A stretch of DNA of 64,000 nucleotides from Amoebophrya sp. A120. Its lineage: Eukaryota; Protista; Dinoflagellata. The notes under the pieces are model-generated. The model made no database searches, was not told the DNA's origin, and saw only the letters and a list, made by a program, of their open reading frames with translations. Positions 36,701 to 48,700 of this stretch are shown in pieces (the first letter of the stretch is position 1; each line of letters begins with the position of its first letter). The position numbers and the translations under genes were made by a program. The DNA is taken from assembly GCA_905178155.1 (NCBI GenBank), contig CAJINV010000014.1, positions 1,443,984-1,507,983 of the forward strand, given 5' to 3'.

Positions 36701-37953
36701 CAAGAGGAGACAACAGGGTAGTTTTACTTCTACATGGCGAGGGCAAAGACCACAACTCTACACCAATAGCCTAGTTGAGAACCTCCGGCGCAAAACATGT
36801 AGAATTACCAGACACAACCCAATAGCTAGGTAGATCTTTTGCAACATCTATGCACGAGGTTTATGTTGTAGTAGGGCTAGCAGATGAACTAGAAGAAACC
36901 CAAATATGAAAAAAACACCCTGAAGATAATATGCTGCAACACTGCCTGAAGATTTTTTACGGAGACAGAACAACACTCTTGCTCTTCCTAGTACCAGGAT
37001 GCACATAAGTACTATCGAGATAAGTCTCTAAAACGAAATCGGTCTCGACATGAGAAGAAGTTGATCTTCGCAACTTCATCCATAGACCACGGTTTTCAAC
37101 ATGAATATTAGAATTTTGTGGTGTAGGAATAGCTAATAAATAGACAGATAGAACATCATATTTTCAATATTGTGCAGTTACTACTATCCGTCGATAATTC
37201 GTTTTGAGTTGCGACAATTTGAAAGACTTCATTTCACAGTTTTATCTGGATTTTTAGCTACACACACAAAAATTGATACTTTTACAATATCAACAAAACC
37301 GGTCGTATGAATAGGGGAACAACAACAAATGTTAAACACATGATATTTTGGGTCATCGATATGAATTCTTTGTAAATAAAGGAAAACTTGTGAAGAGTGA
37401 AGAGAAAAAAAAAGGCTGCGCTTTCGCTGCAGTCGGACATTCATCGTCGTGGCCACCGCATCTGTCGGTGTGGTGGTCGTGCTGATGGAGTTTTAGCCCG
37501 AGATGCCAATGCCAAGGGTCGTGCTGTCTTCGGCATTTTGATTGTGTGTTCTGCTGATGTCGTCCAGTTGGCTCGTGGTTATCATGTCGTAGGAAATGTA
37601 TAAAAAAAGTCGCTTTTCCATCTAGCTACTCTGTCGGCGGGACCGGACGTCGAAGCGCACTTCTTTCGTGGAGTGAAGTTTGAGCCGATTTTAAGTAAAG
37701 AGGGATCTTCAGCATCAGAGACGAAGAGCGAGTAAACAACCAAGAAGCCCTGCTTTATGTCGGCAAGAACACGAACAAAGTTTAAGCATGAAGACCCATA
37801 AGTTAAACAAATTGGAGTTGGATTCCATTCGCTCTCTTCGGCCTGTCGTCGTCTAGAGGGTAAGTACCTGGATATGTAGTACTGGAAGTGACGACACAAA
37901 ACAAGATCATCAACGACGAACATCGAATAGAAGACCAAGAAGCTGCAACCAAC

Positions 37954-40915
37954 ATGGGTCGTATCGAGCCTTTAAAAGCTTGGGACGAAGAGCGTGTCGG
38001 CAGTCAGATCGACCTCTCCGCCGACAGAAAAACCGCAACGAGATATGGAAGTGTCAGGTTTGAAATCGACAAACACAAAGTTGAAATGATTTGCCATGCA
38101 TAAAATGCAAGGCATGATGAACATGAAGTGCCTGTCTTGCCGGGATGGCAAGTGGGGCCGATTGTGAGCCTGTTTAGGGTTTGATATAGAGCTGCTAAAC
38201 TAGCATGACAAAAGCAGTCCTCTGCGCCCAAACAGCATGACAAATTGGATTCCGACGCTCGGAAAATTTGTCATGCCCCGCTTCACAAGTGGGCTTCCTA
38301 CTGATATCGGTCTTATGCATGACAAACTTAATTATTTCAACTTTGAGTTTGACGATTTCGATCCTCACACATCCATACGAGACAAGCGGAAACGAACCCG
38401 AGAGGGTACGGCTGTTTGTTGTATGGGAAGCAGCAGCTGGGAAATTACGCGGAAGGAAGGTACTATCAAAAGTAAAAATGTCTGGGTCTGGGAACTTGTG
38501 ATGCTGGGTCGCGTCTCATGATGAGGCTACAAATGGTGGCTCAGCATTACAAGTTTCTGAGCTCCTAGGTGTTGCCTATTCTGCATGACAAACTGCGCTT
38601 CTGCATCACAGAAAAGCGGAGCTCTTGGGTAACGTGCATGACAGATTTAAGAGTCATGCCAGACAAGCATGACAAACATGAACTCTTCCAGACCCAGACA
38701 CTTTTACAGTTGATAGGTACAACTACATCACGATTTATAAGTCGTAATTCGCGAGCAGCCCGAGCGCGACCTCGACGTGTAGTTATTTTTGCAGATACTA
38801 CGCAAGAACTCCACTGTGAAAAGACGTCGAGGTGGAACCTCTTCGAGTGCATTTATAATTTGAATTGCGAAACAAGTAAATTTACACGTGTGAAGAGGTG
38901 TGCATTGAAAAAAATCTTCCACCACATCATGTTCTTGGACCAATTAAAAGACCATATATTATAATTTGTTGCTTTACGGACCTATGCCTATGCTCCTGAT
39001 CACAGGTTTGCAGAAGTGATAATCCACCAGCAGGGCACGCGGGCAACAGAATCTGAATACCACGCCGGCGGTGTGTGCTATCAAAAGGAAAAATCCCACC
39101 TGCCCATACTCGAAAGGTATATTTTTGAAATATTTGTGATGCTGATTTGTGGTGACAAATCGTGTCTGTCTTGCAAGAAGGGAAGAACTCCGCCGGCTCC
39201 GCCGCATTATGCAGGCGGTTTGTCATGCTGTTGGGCCTACAGCGCGGACGTTTTTCATGCGAAGCGCCTAGGCCAAAACCTCTCTGCCCACGCTTGATAT
39301 GGGCCTGCAGTGCTCTCCAGCAAGACAGGCCGGATTTGTGTACACAGATCCAGCGCCAGAGATTTCGCCTTGATATGGCGAGGGGGGATTTTTCCTTCCG
39401 ATATGTGCATCGGGATAACCAAGTGCAAGCCGGCGGACTACAAACCCGAAGAGGTCGGGCGGTCGATTTTTCACGTGCCGGACTCTTGGGTGGTAGACAC
39501 GTATATGCATTGCAAATATCTGGGTCTGGAAGAATGCAAGTTTGTCATGCTTGTTTGGCATGACTCGAGAATCTGTGTTGCATAGGCACGAAAAAGCCCT
39601 CTTACCTGTCATGCAAAAACGCAGTTTGCCATGCGGAATGCGTAAGATATGGCAGCCAAAAAATTTGTCATGCGTAGCTGCGTATTCATTGCAGTGCGTC
39701 TATCATTCACTTTCAGCATTACAAGTTTCCAGACCCAGACACTTTTGCAGTTGATAACGTACGGCGACCTGTACCGCGTACCCCCGAGAAACGAGTGGCC
39801 CCCCGACACGCTGAATGTCGCGGAAAAGCAGCCGATATGCATTGCAAAAGTATCGTACTCGTAGTAATCCTAATCGCAATTGTGCATGGCACATCTCTTT
39901 CTCAAGGTAAATCAGCATGAGAAATTCCATTTGTAATGCTGAGCGAATTTGTAATGCGATTACTACTAGTACGATGCTTTTGCATTTCATAGCCGAAGAG
40001 CGCCAGCGTGGAGAAATACGATACCTACGCCCTAGTGAAGGACGGAGACACGTACTCTACTTTTGATACGGATGTTGAAGAACTACCGGAATAGTTTCAA
40101 TCTGCAGGACTCCGCAAGGAGTGAACGTGTCATGCTGAAGAAGATGTTGCACTTAGATCGATATTTCTACTTCTGATGAAGATTTATTTTGCAGATTGAT
40201 GATGTCGTCGATGTCAGCCTGCCCACGCGAGGACTTCTACACATTCCACAAAATAATAAACAAGGCTCGGACTCCTCCTCCGACCTGACAAGACATTAAA
40301 ACTCTACTGGAACGGCAAGCACATGGCCGACCTGCCAATAGAAGGGTTTGAGGTCATATCGTACGAAAAAAGTGTTTCACTGTAAGGATCTTGCAAGTTT
40401 TGCATCACAAGTTTGTTCTACATCACAGAGAAAATCTAGCGTCTTGCATGTTTAGCAAGACAAACACTTCTAAGATACAGCTTCTGCATTACAAGTTTAC
40501 AGTGAAACAGTTTTTTCTTGCGATAGGTCACGCAAGAGGTTCGACTGATCGTGGAACTTCTATGGCGTTCTCAAACGTTACATTCTCAACTGTTACATGA
40601 ATTCGCGTTGCAAGAATCGCAAAAGTGAAAGGAGGGACCTTGTGCGTCTTTCATGACATTTTTGGCACAGATTCACTTTTGGCACAGATTCTCAGCCTGT
40701 TTGGCCCTCTGAGAATTTGTCATGCGAAGCAGCTTGATGGCGTCGATGGTCAAGGCAATTTTGCATGGCAAATCATGTAACAGCTGAGAGCGTAACAGTT
40801 GAGAGCGCCATAACTTCTCGGCCGAGCAGAGGGCGCGACGGTGAACACAGAAGCAAAAGCGCCGGAAATACCACTACCACCCGAATCCAGTACGGAAGAC
40901 GAGGGCGGGAAGTGA
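37954..40915 (+). CDS. NHR (neuralized)/SPRY-like domain protein (227 aa, 9 exons)
   Basis: Exons 37954-38043, 38383-38459, 39006-39078, 39409-39503, 39762-39835, 39997-40051, 40265-40352, 40527-40560, 40818-40915 (684 nt). Spliced product IDLSADRKTATR..GGVCIGIT..DGDTLGLLL..LKLYWNGK..LIVELLGR follows the NHR/SPRY pattern. Confidence 0.8.
38044..38377. mobile_element. TIR introner, family E
   Basis: TATGGAAGTGTCAGGTTTGAAATCG...CGATTTCGATCCTCACACATCCATA; TSD CGAGA. Confidence 0.9.
38464..38715. mobile_element. Family A TIR element inserted at the donor of canonical intron 38460-39005
   Basis: Family A TIRs; TSD GGTAC straddles the exon/GT boundary. Confidence 0.9.
39079..39403. mobile_element. 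TIR introner, family C
   Basis: TATCAAAAGGAAAAATCCC...GGGATTTTTCCTTCCGATA; TSD TGTGC; restores GGVCIGIT. Confidence 0.92.
39504..39756. mobile_element. TIR introner, family A
   Basis: TATGCATTGCAAATATCTGGGTCTGGAA...TTCCAGACCCAGACACTTTTGCAGTTGATA; TSD ACGTA. Confidence 0.9.
39836..39991. mobile_element. TIR introner, family B
   Basis: TATGCATTGCAAAAGTATCGTACT...AGTACGATGCTTTTGCATTTCATA; TSD GCCGA. Confidence 0.9.
40561..40812. mobile_element. TIR introner, family D
   Basis: TATGGCGTTCTCAA...TTGAGAGCGCCATA; TSD ACTTC; restores LIVELLGR. Confidence 0.92.
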
Positions 40916-41682
40916 AAGAATGGCTCGAAGAACTAGATGCTTTTCGTGGACGAGTGCGGTCTCTCATCTTCAGAGGAATTTAGATTTACTACTTAGACCA
41001 ACTTTCACGTCTTCCTGCCCTTGCCCAGGTCTTGTTCTCGATTTTTTTCGCGTCGCTTTTGGCGGCACAGAAACTGGAACTTTTATTCGAGAACACAGAA
41101 AGCCAGTACTTCTTCGCACCAGCAAGAGTGCCACAAGCAACGCTTCGAGGACATCAAGGCTCAGAAGTCTGCCTGGGTTTAAAATGTCCGACTCGCTCTT
41201 ACACAGGCGAGTGCACGTAACTACAGATATTTTGCAGCGTCTTGCAGAAGTTCACCGATTTTTTGTGCCCGCAAGATGATGAATTTCTGTTCCGTGTCCC
41301 CACGGATCGAGGATTACTAAGGGCTGAGTTCATCATTTCGCGGAGAGGGAGGGACGCAACGTCGCAACTTCGACCACGGCATCTGAGACCCTCGCGCTCG
41401 TCGCCTCGTCGTTTGTATAGAAGGTTAAGACAGTTTACAGTTCTCTAGAAGTAGAAAGTAGTATAGTATGGCGTTGAGTAGACGGATTCCCCGCGTGTTC
41501 TGCTATTTCAGCGATTTAACAAACTTTCCAACAACCGTGAAACTTTGACACACTTTAGGAACGGATAGTTCGAAAGAAAGGCATTGATTTACAATTTACT
41601 AAACTTCTTTTCAACATCACCTGAGCGTCTCACGACCAAGTTCTTTTGCCTTTGCGTCCCGCAAGACAGATCAGACATCAAC

Positions 41683-44600
41683 ATGCCCACTCGCGACGAG
41701 GAGATTCATTTACACCGAGAAATTCGGCAGACCGTAGCGAACTTCCAGCACCAATTCGTCGGCACCGGCCCAGCTAGTAGCAGCTCTAGCTCGATGTTTA
41801 ACATAATTTCCGGTGGCGGTGGGTCTAATTCTATTTCCGCGGCCCAGACAGGAGGTCAGGGACTTCCTGTTGACTCGCAGCAGCAGCAGCAGCAGAACTA
41901 CTACAGTTCCACGGGTAGGGTGCGAACCAGTCCGAAGAAAAATAGCAGCTCAACATCCTCGTCCTCATCTTCGTACAAGAATGCTGCAATGTTGCAGCAC
42001 CTCCTCTCGGTGGAACAGAACGAAGAAATGAAAAGGGACCAGGAAGAGGCAATTTTGTCCGAGCGGCTGCAGGACCGGCAGAAACAGAACTACTTCGAAT
42101 ACGGGGTGAAGTCCGTGCTGGAGCGGTATATGGAGCTCGGGCAGAAGAGCATGAACCTGAACAACAGCCTAGAAAATAACAATGCGGACGCCGCCGGCGG
42201 CGCGCTCCCGAGCATCAACCACGCCGAATTACTGCAGTCGTTGCAGGAAGAGGAACAGGAGCTGCGGCGGGAGATTGCGGCCGGCGAGATGGAGATGGAA
42301 GAAAGGCAGTTGAAAGACAGAATGAAATATGCAATACAAATTTCCCGTACATGTACAAGATGCATCACAAATTTCACCAATTTGGAGCGTAACGCTTGTC
42401 ATGCTAAACTAGGATCGAAGCCCAATTTTGTCATGCAGAGACTGCATTCGTACGTGAACGTGTGCGGGAAATTTACTGTGGATATGAAACTGATCGAGAT
42501 GTTCGCGGAACAAAATCGGCAGGCTGTGGAGTACGAAAAAATGAAACGCGAATGCGAGGAGATGTATCCTGTGCAAAAGTATCGTACTCGTATAGCAATA
42601 AAGCATTACTACACCTCAAGGTAAATCAGCATTACAAATTTTATTTCTCATGCTGAGGAAATTTGTAAAAGCATTTATACGAGTGCGATACTTTTGCACT
42701 GCATAAGATGGCAAAAGGTACGATAATGTCGTGATCTGTGGGGCTCCAACTTGCTGAGATCTACTTCTAGTTCTACTAAATTCAAATTCAACCACCAGGT
42801 GCACCCCGTAAAGATGTCTGTCATGCGTATAATTACAAGGCTAAGCAAGGATTGTGGAGTTGCAGGAGCAGAAGCAGTTCATCTTTTATTCACGACCACT
42901 TCCTATTTCCTGCATCTTTGCATAACAAAGCCAGAGCTCCAGACTCTTCACTATCACTTCGTATGCGCAAAAACTTGTCGAGAAGCTTTTTTCAACTCGA
43001 CTTCTTCAGATCTGTCCCTCACTCTGACCTCCGAGCAAGACGTTGTGGATAACCACCACCAGCTGCAACAGGATGAGAATTACGACTTGGCGTACCGCTA
43101 TGGATTTGTCAGGATCGAAATCGACAAAGTTGAAATGATTTGTCATGCATAAAATGGATGCCAGTTGTGACCCAGTTTCCAAGTGGCGCATGACAAATTT
43201 GGGTAGAGCCGAGACCCAGTTTGTAATGCTGTTTGGGTAAGGAAGACGCCTTTTGTCATGCTACTTTAGCAGCTCTATTTCTACCCCTCAACAGGCTCAC
43301 AATCTGCCTCCCTTGCCTACTCTGCAAGACAGGCACTTTGTGGGTTGCATTTTATGCATCACAAACTATTTCAACTTTGACGATTTCAATCCTGACGCTT
43401 CCATAACCGCGAGCAGCTTCAGCGGCAAATCGCCGAGGACGAGAAACTGCTGCAATCCCTGCAATATCAAATGCAAAAATGTCTGGGTCTGGAAACTTGT
43501 CCTTGTGATGCTGGTTGAGAAAGACGCGGACGCCTCAATTGACTGGCAAGCATGACAAGTTTTGGAGGAGGTGCTATAGTCTTGGCTTTTCTGCATGACA
43601 AAGTGAGCTTCTGCATGACAGAAAAGTACGGCTTTTGGGTAATGTGCATGACAGACTTGCGAGTGATGTCAGACAAGCATGACAAACTTCCATTCTTCCA
43701 GACCCAGACATATTTGCATTTGATATGCAAGAGGAGGCACTGCACCTGAGCACGGAGGAATCCCAACTGGAGCAGTCGATGTATGGGATTCTCAAACGTT
43801 ACATTCTCAATCTCAAGTGTTATGCGATAATTTGTCATGCAAAGTTACCATATGATTATGTATGAATGTATGCCGCCACACGATCTATCGAGGTGCTTCG
43901 CATGACAAACTCTCGAAGCGGCGCTAAACAGCATGGAAATCTGTGCCAAATTTGTGATGCGAGAGTCGCAAGGCCGCCCCTTTCACTTCTGCCATTCTTG
44001 CATGATCATAAATTCATGACGCTGTAGTTGAGAATGTAACAGTTGAGAACGCCATGCGATGTTTTCGGCGGAGCAGAAGAAAGAGGAAATGCAGGGCCTG
44101 CTGTTGAAGCGCAAAGCGCTGCTAGAAGAAAAGGAGGAACTGGAGCAGATCAGGGAAGGGTATGCAGTTATTCTCATTTTTTTTTGCTAAAGTTGAACAT
44201 GTTCGTTGAGCTTGAGATGAACTTTTGTAATGCTGAATCTTGCATTCCGGGTGATTTTTGTCACGCATAAGATCAACAAGTTCAAGATGCTAGTACATCG
44301 TAATCATCTGCAGGTATCAAAGCGACCTGCGCCACCTGCAAATCGATGTCCCGGTGCTAGACCATTATCCAGTGCAAATTGATATGTCTGGTTCTGGTTC
44401 TGGGTTGTAGTACTCACTTCTGTTACTGGTTCTCGCATCGCAACGAAGCCACTTGTACGACATGACAGCATCAGAAGTTATTTTGTCAGCCGTTTGCGGA
44501 TTTGTTATTCGTATTTGCAGCACTACAAAACATTCCAATTGGCCAATCGTATTCAGCATGCATAATACAGATGATCTTGTTGTCCTTGAAGTCCTACAAC

Positions 44601-44975
44601 ATCACAAACCCAGACCCAGGCACATTTGCAATGCATAACCACACTGGCATGACGATTTCCCTGAGCGGGGTCACCCTGCACGTCCCCTGGCGCATCGCTG
44701 GAGTAGATGCAACCGACCATGGAGAACAACAGGAAGGATTACAAGGAGAACAGCAATTTCATCCAGGAGGTGGCGGCGGCAACTGGGTGACCGAGGAGGG
44801 CTATGTGAAGAAAACCGCACGACGGCCGGGCGACCGAGAGTTCGAGATTACGCAGGCGAAGGTGCTGAACCACCCCGAGATTCAAATCCGGGATCTGATC
44901 GAGGGGGAGGACTTGGCGGGCTTGTGCGAAAAAGTCCGTTACCGGTTTTTTTTACAGAAAGAAACAAAGATTTGA
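41683..44975 (+). CDS. Coiled-coil hypothetical protein with globular C-terminus (467 aa, 9 exons)
   Basis: Exons 41683-42327, 42490-42564, 42711-42717, 43010-43098, 43411-43464, 43731-43781, 44062-44159, 44314-44365, 44643-44975 (1404 nt, in frame); continuous E/Q/L/K-rich helical sequence after splicing. Confidence 0.75.
42328..42484. mobile_element. TIR introner, family F
   Basis: TATGCAATACAAATTTCCCG...CGGGAAATTTACTGTGGATA; TSD TGAAA. Confidence 0.88.
42565..42705. mobile_element. TIR introner, family B
   Basis: TATCCTGTGCAAAAGTATCG...CGATACTTTTGCACTGCATA; TSD AGATG. Confidence 0.9.
43099..43405. mobile_element. TIR introner, family E
   Basis: TATGGATTTGTCAGGATCGAAATCGACAAAGTTGAAAT...ATTTCAACTTTGACGATTTCAATCCTGACGCTTCCATA; TSD ACCGC. 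Confidence 0.92.
43465..43725. mobile_element. TIR introner, family A
   Basis: Family A TIRs; TSD TGCAA. Confidence 0.92.
43782..44056. mobile_element. TIR introner, family D
   Basis: TATGGGATTCTCAAACGTTACATTCTCAA...TTGAGAATGTAACAGTTGAGAACGCCATG; TSD CGATG. Confidence 0.9.
44366..44637. mobile_element. TIR introner, family A-like (degenerate)
   Basis: TATCCAGTGCAAAT..GTCTGGTTCTGG...CCAGACCCAGGCACATTTGCAATGCATA; flanks ACCAT/ACCAC. Confidence 0.82.
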
Positions 44976-45752
44976 GACGCGGCAGGCTTCTGTTTCTGAA
45001 GCAGCAGAGCGCTGATGCTGAATATAGCGAAGATCAAGATCTATGTTTAATCCGACTTCTGGTTCTGCTGGTCTAGAATTACAGTACTTAAAACAACAAC
45101 TTGTAGGGTAATCCTAATCCGCAGCTCTTGCTCTACTTTAGTTTTGAGTAAAAAAGACCAACAGGATGAGTAAGTCACTTTTCCGCCTACCTATTCACCC
45201 GTGAAGTTTTCCTGAGTTGTTGTACTGGTAGTAGAGACGCGCCTTGTAGTAATACGCAAGGGCCCGTCATCTCGTTTGTCTTTGTCTTTGTTGTACTTGT
45301 CATTGTGTTTCTCTTCTTTCTGCAAGAACCGAAAAGAGCACAAAACGAGGGAAGTCGAGCGCTTGATTTTCTTTTGATGTCTCCGACGAGGAGCGGAGCG
45401 GGAGGAAGCGAGCAGGCAACGGCGAAATAGCAAGAACACAGTCGTGGGTTCTTGCTTGTATGATCCATCTCGTCCACCGACCTCGCACTCTACTGGTTTT
45501 ACTATGATGTCAGTTCAAGACTTCCCCTTCCTTTATTTTCTGTGGCGTCGTGTTCGCGCCAAGAAGGACACACAGAACGTTCCGTGAATGGACCGCACCA
45601 AAAACACAAAGAGTGAATCAGAAGATGAAGCTTGGTGACATGCGACAACTTGTTCGCGACAACCTGCGCCCCGCGGACAGCGACGTCGCTCCATAGTTTT
45701 GTTTGTCCCGCCAACGGTCGCCATCTCCTAGTCCTACTCCAGGCTGAGCAAA

Positions 45753-48700
45753 ATGGTTTCGACGTCCAAACGACAGACAAACTGCTCGAAAAGTAGCTTT
45801 ACCTCATCTACTTGCCGCAGCTTTATTGCTTTCGTTTGTCTCATTTCCCGAAAGGTACTACTACGCGGCGGTCTAATATTACCTCCACTGCCCCCCCTCC
45901 TCCTGCTGGAGAAGTTGAAATGCTTCGCGGCCGGAGAAGCAGCCGCAGCACCAACTTCAACTTCTGTGGGGCTTCTGGATAAGGGTAAACAAGAAGAAGA
46001 ACAACTACAGGAAGACGACGGGCCCCGAGGTGGTCGTGGCGGACGAGCAAAAACAAAAAGCACAACTACTCGCTTTTCCACGGCGCCCCCCCCCCCTCCG
46101 AGGAAAAATGACCGACAGGGAGACGATGATGTTGACGGCGAATTGAGAAATACAAATTCACGAGACAGCGACGAGAACGGTTCTGCCCTTCAAGAAGAAT
46201 CAGCAGTGGAGTTCTTGCAAAGCAGCGATACTCGTTCATCCGTTGGAGGTCCTCCACCTACTTTCGCTGCGTCCAGTTCTACCCCACAAAGCTTCGTGCG
46301 TGTGGTTACGGTTGACCACAAAGGGGCCAGCAGTAGTACCGAACAACGCCAACATCAACAAGAAGAAGCTTCTTGGGTGGAGGTAGAAAATGAAGACGAA
46401 CACAAGCAAATTAATATAACGGAGGGAAGATATCAGGAGCGGGAGCCGGATGCTTTACTTGAGACACCCAATAAGCGGAGCAAAGCTCCATCGACGTGCA
46501 GCGACGAGATCTGCGATGCTGTGACTCGGGCGAATCCACTGGCGGAGCGGCTGCGGCGCGCCAACGCACAGCTTCTTGCTCGGCCGCATACATACGCAAA
46601 TGGTGAAAATGGCCCGTCGGCATCGTCGAAAAACATCACCAGTCTGCAGCTGCTAAATTGGCGCCTCGATTGCCCCTGCGAGCTCGAAGGGCGGGACGAG
46701 GAAAATCAAAATGACGCGACAGCCTCTGCCTGGCCGTCCTCGCAGGTGTCGGGCGACGCAGCGGACATCGTTGCCGCTACAGACGGAACAACGTCGACTG
46801 GGAGTACTAGTGGACGCAGTGCGATGAATGGTCAAAATTTGACGCGCGAAGAGGACCGCCATGAAGATGAGCAGGGAACCTCCTCCCGATCGGAAGCGTT
46901 TTGCCGGCCTGAATTCCACGAGACGTTCAAGACAGCCAGCGTCTTCTCCACGACCCGAGTGGGTGGCTCTCGACAGGATGACGATGGCGATGACGGAGGT
47001 CCTCGCGCCAGCTATGAGAGTGCACAAGAACGACAGCTTCCCTTCCGCAGCATGTGTAAAAATTATAAAATTTCAAATCCGTTGATATGGCCGTACTAAC
47101 CACGGATTTCGCAAGTAGTCCAAAAAAATTCAGGGTCCTCGGGCGTGTCCATCGCGCTGGTCTTTTTGGTTATGTTGAATTTGGCATGCAAAGTTGAGGC
47201 ATGGAGTATCTAAGTTAATTTAACTAGTTAAGAAGGCGGTCCGCTCCTGGGGCCAACAGCTTCCGGAGCCACGGATTCGGGTCCCGAATCCGTGGACCAG
47301 GACATTGGGGATACTGGATCCGGACCGCCTTCTTAACTAGCTAGCTTAAAGAGATGACAATACAAAGAAATACAAGGAGGCCCCTATGCATGAGTTGTGC
47401 CTCCTCCTCCGATGCCATCATGCGCGGACCCTGAAATTTTTTGGACTACTTCGAAAATCCGTAGTTAGTACGGCCATAATTGATTGTTTATTGTTAGGTG
47501 GAAGAGGAATTGTCTGCCTCTGCGTGATGTGAGTGTGAGTCTTAAATTGTACAGAACAATTTCAGACTCACACTCACTTCACGCGGAGTGCCGCGCTCTT
47601 CAGCGATTGCAGTACTACTGCAATCGGTGATGTGCAGACGATTTTTTTCACGGAGCCCAAATTTCATCTGCCGTTGCTTGTGTTGCTCCTGATCATGGCC
47701 TTCAAATGAGGGGAAGGGTTGGTTATGCACTCTCATAACGGCGCAGGCTCTGCGTCACTCGCAGTTCTTCGCGGCGACCAGCCTGACCTGCGACCGAGGT
47801 GCCTCTCCGCGGGCCTCTACGATCGGGATCGGGATGCTCTGATTAACAGAATCGGAAAGGGTATGGCAGTGTCGGGTTCGAAATCGACAAGGTTGAAAGA
47901 GTTTGCGGCGTATAGTAATATTGTATCGACACGACGACCAGTAGTCGAAGAACCCGCAAGCGCTAGCTGCTGGCGCGTGACAAATGAAAACTTTGCCAGT
48001 AGCGAAGTTCAAAAATAGGAATGTTGCTGTTTGCTTTCTGTTTTGGCAAAAAAGGGTCTTTTTGTCGTGCTCTTGTAGCAGCTCTATCTGCAACATCATC
48101 GCACAACCTCAAACAGACTCATCGGAGAATCTCCCTGACTTGCCTGCTCGTGCTCTTCAAGAAAGGCACTCTGACTCTGTCTGTGTGCCCCGCATAATTT
48201 TGTGCATTGCAAATTGTTATTGTTTACTGTGTCGCCCATTTCAAACCAGACACTTCCATACAGGGAGAGCAGTTTTTTGTCGCCGTGGACGAGCAGGAGG
48301 CGCAGGTAGTGGCAAGAAAGTACTTGCGAGCGATCAAGCGCGCACCATTTGCCAAAAGGGTGGTCGCAAAAGCTCCTGCTTCGTGGTCCTCCTTCAATGG
48401 CCTGATCTGGGAACGTCCACGACATAAATACAAGTACGATCCGCCGTATGAGGAGGAGAGGTATTACATGATGGAGAACTCCTCGCTGCAGTCTTGGCTA
48501 TGCTCGGTAAAAGTATCGCGACACTTACACTTTTAGAAGTAAAGCTAAAATTTATACTGCAGTAGAGTTGTAGATGTAGTTCTTTATGTATGTTGGGCGG
48601 TGGCTTAGATGCATCTGGTTTAAAGGTGGCGTTTGCAAGTGCTGACGAGTGACCTAAAATGAAATAATCAGACTACTTGTCACGCCAGACTGACTGCACA

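Noticed and set aside
33769-37953. 4-kb stretch with only short ORFs
   Set aside because: AT-richer, with no coding-like exons, repeats or TIR elements that I can support; treated as intergenic
41683-44975. Possible kinetochore (Spc24/25-like) or Beclin-like identity
   Set aside because: Only the generic coiled-coil plus globular tail layout fits; no diagnostic motif recognised
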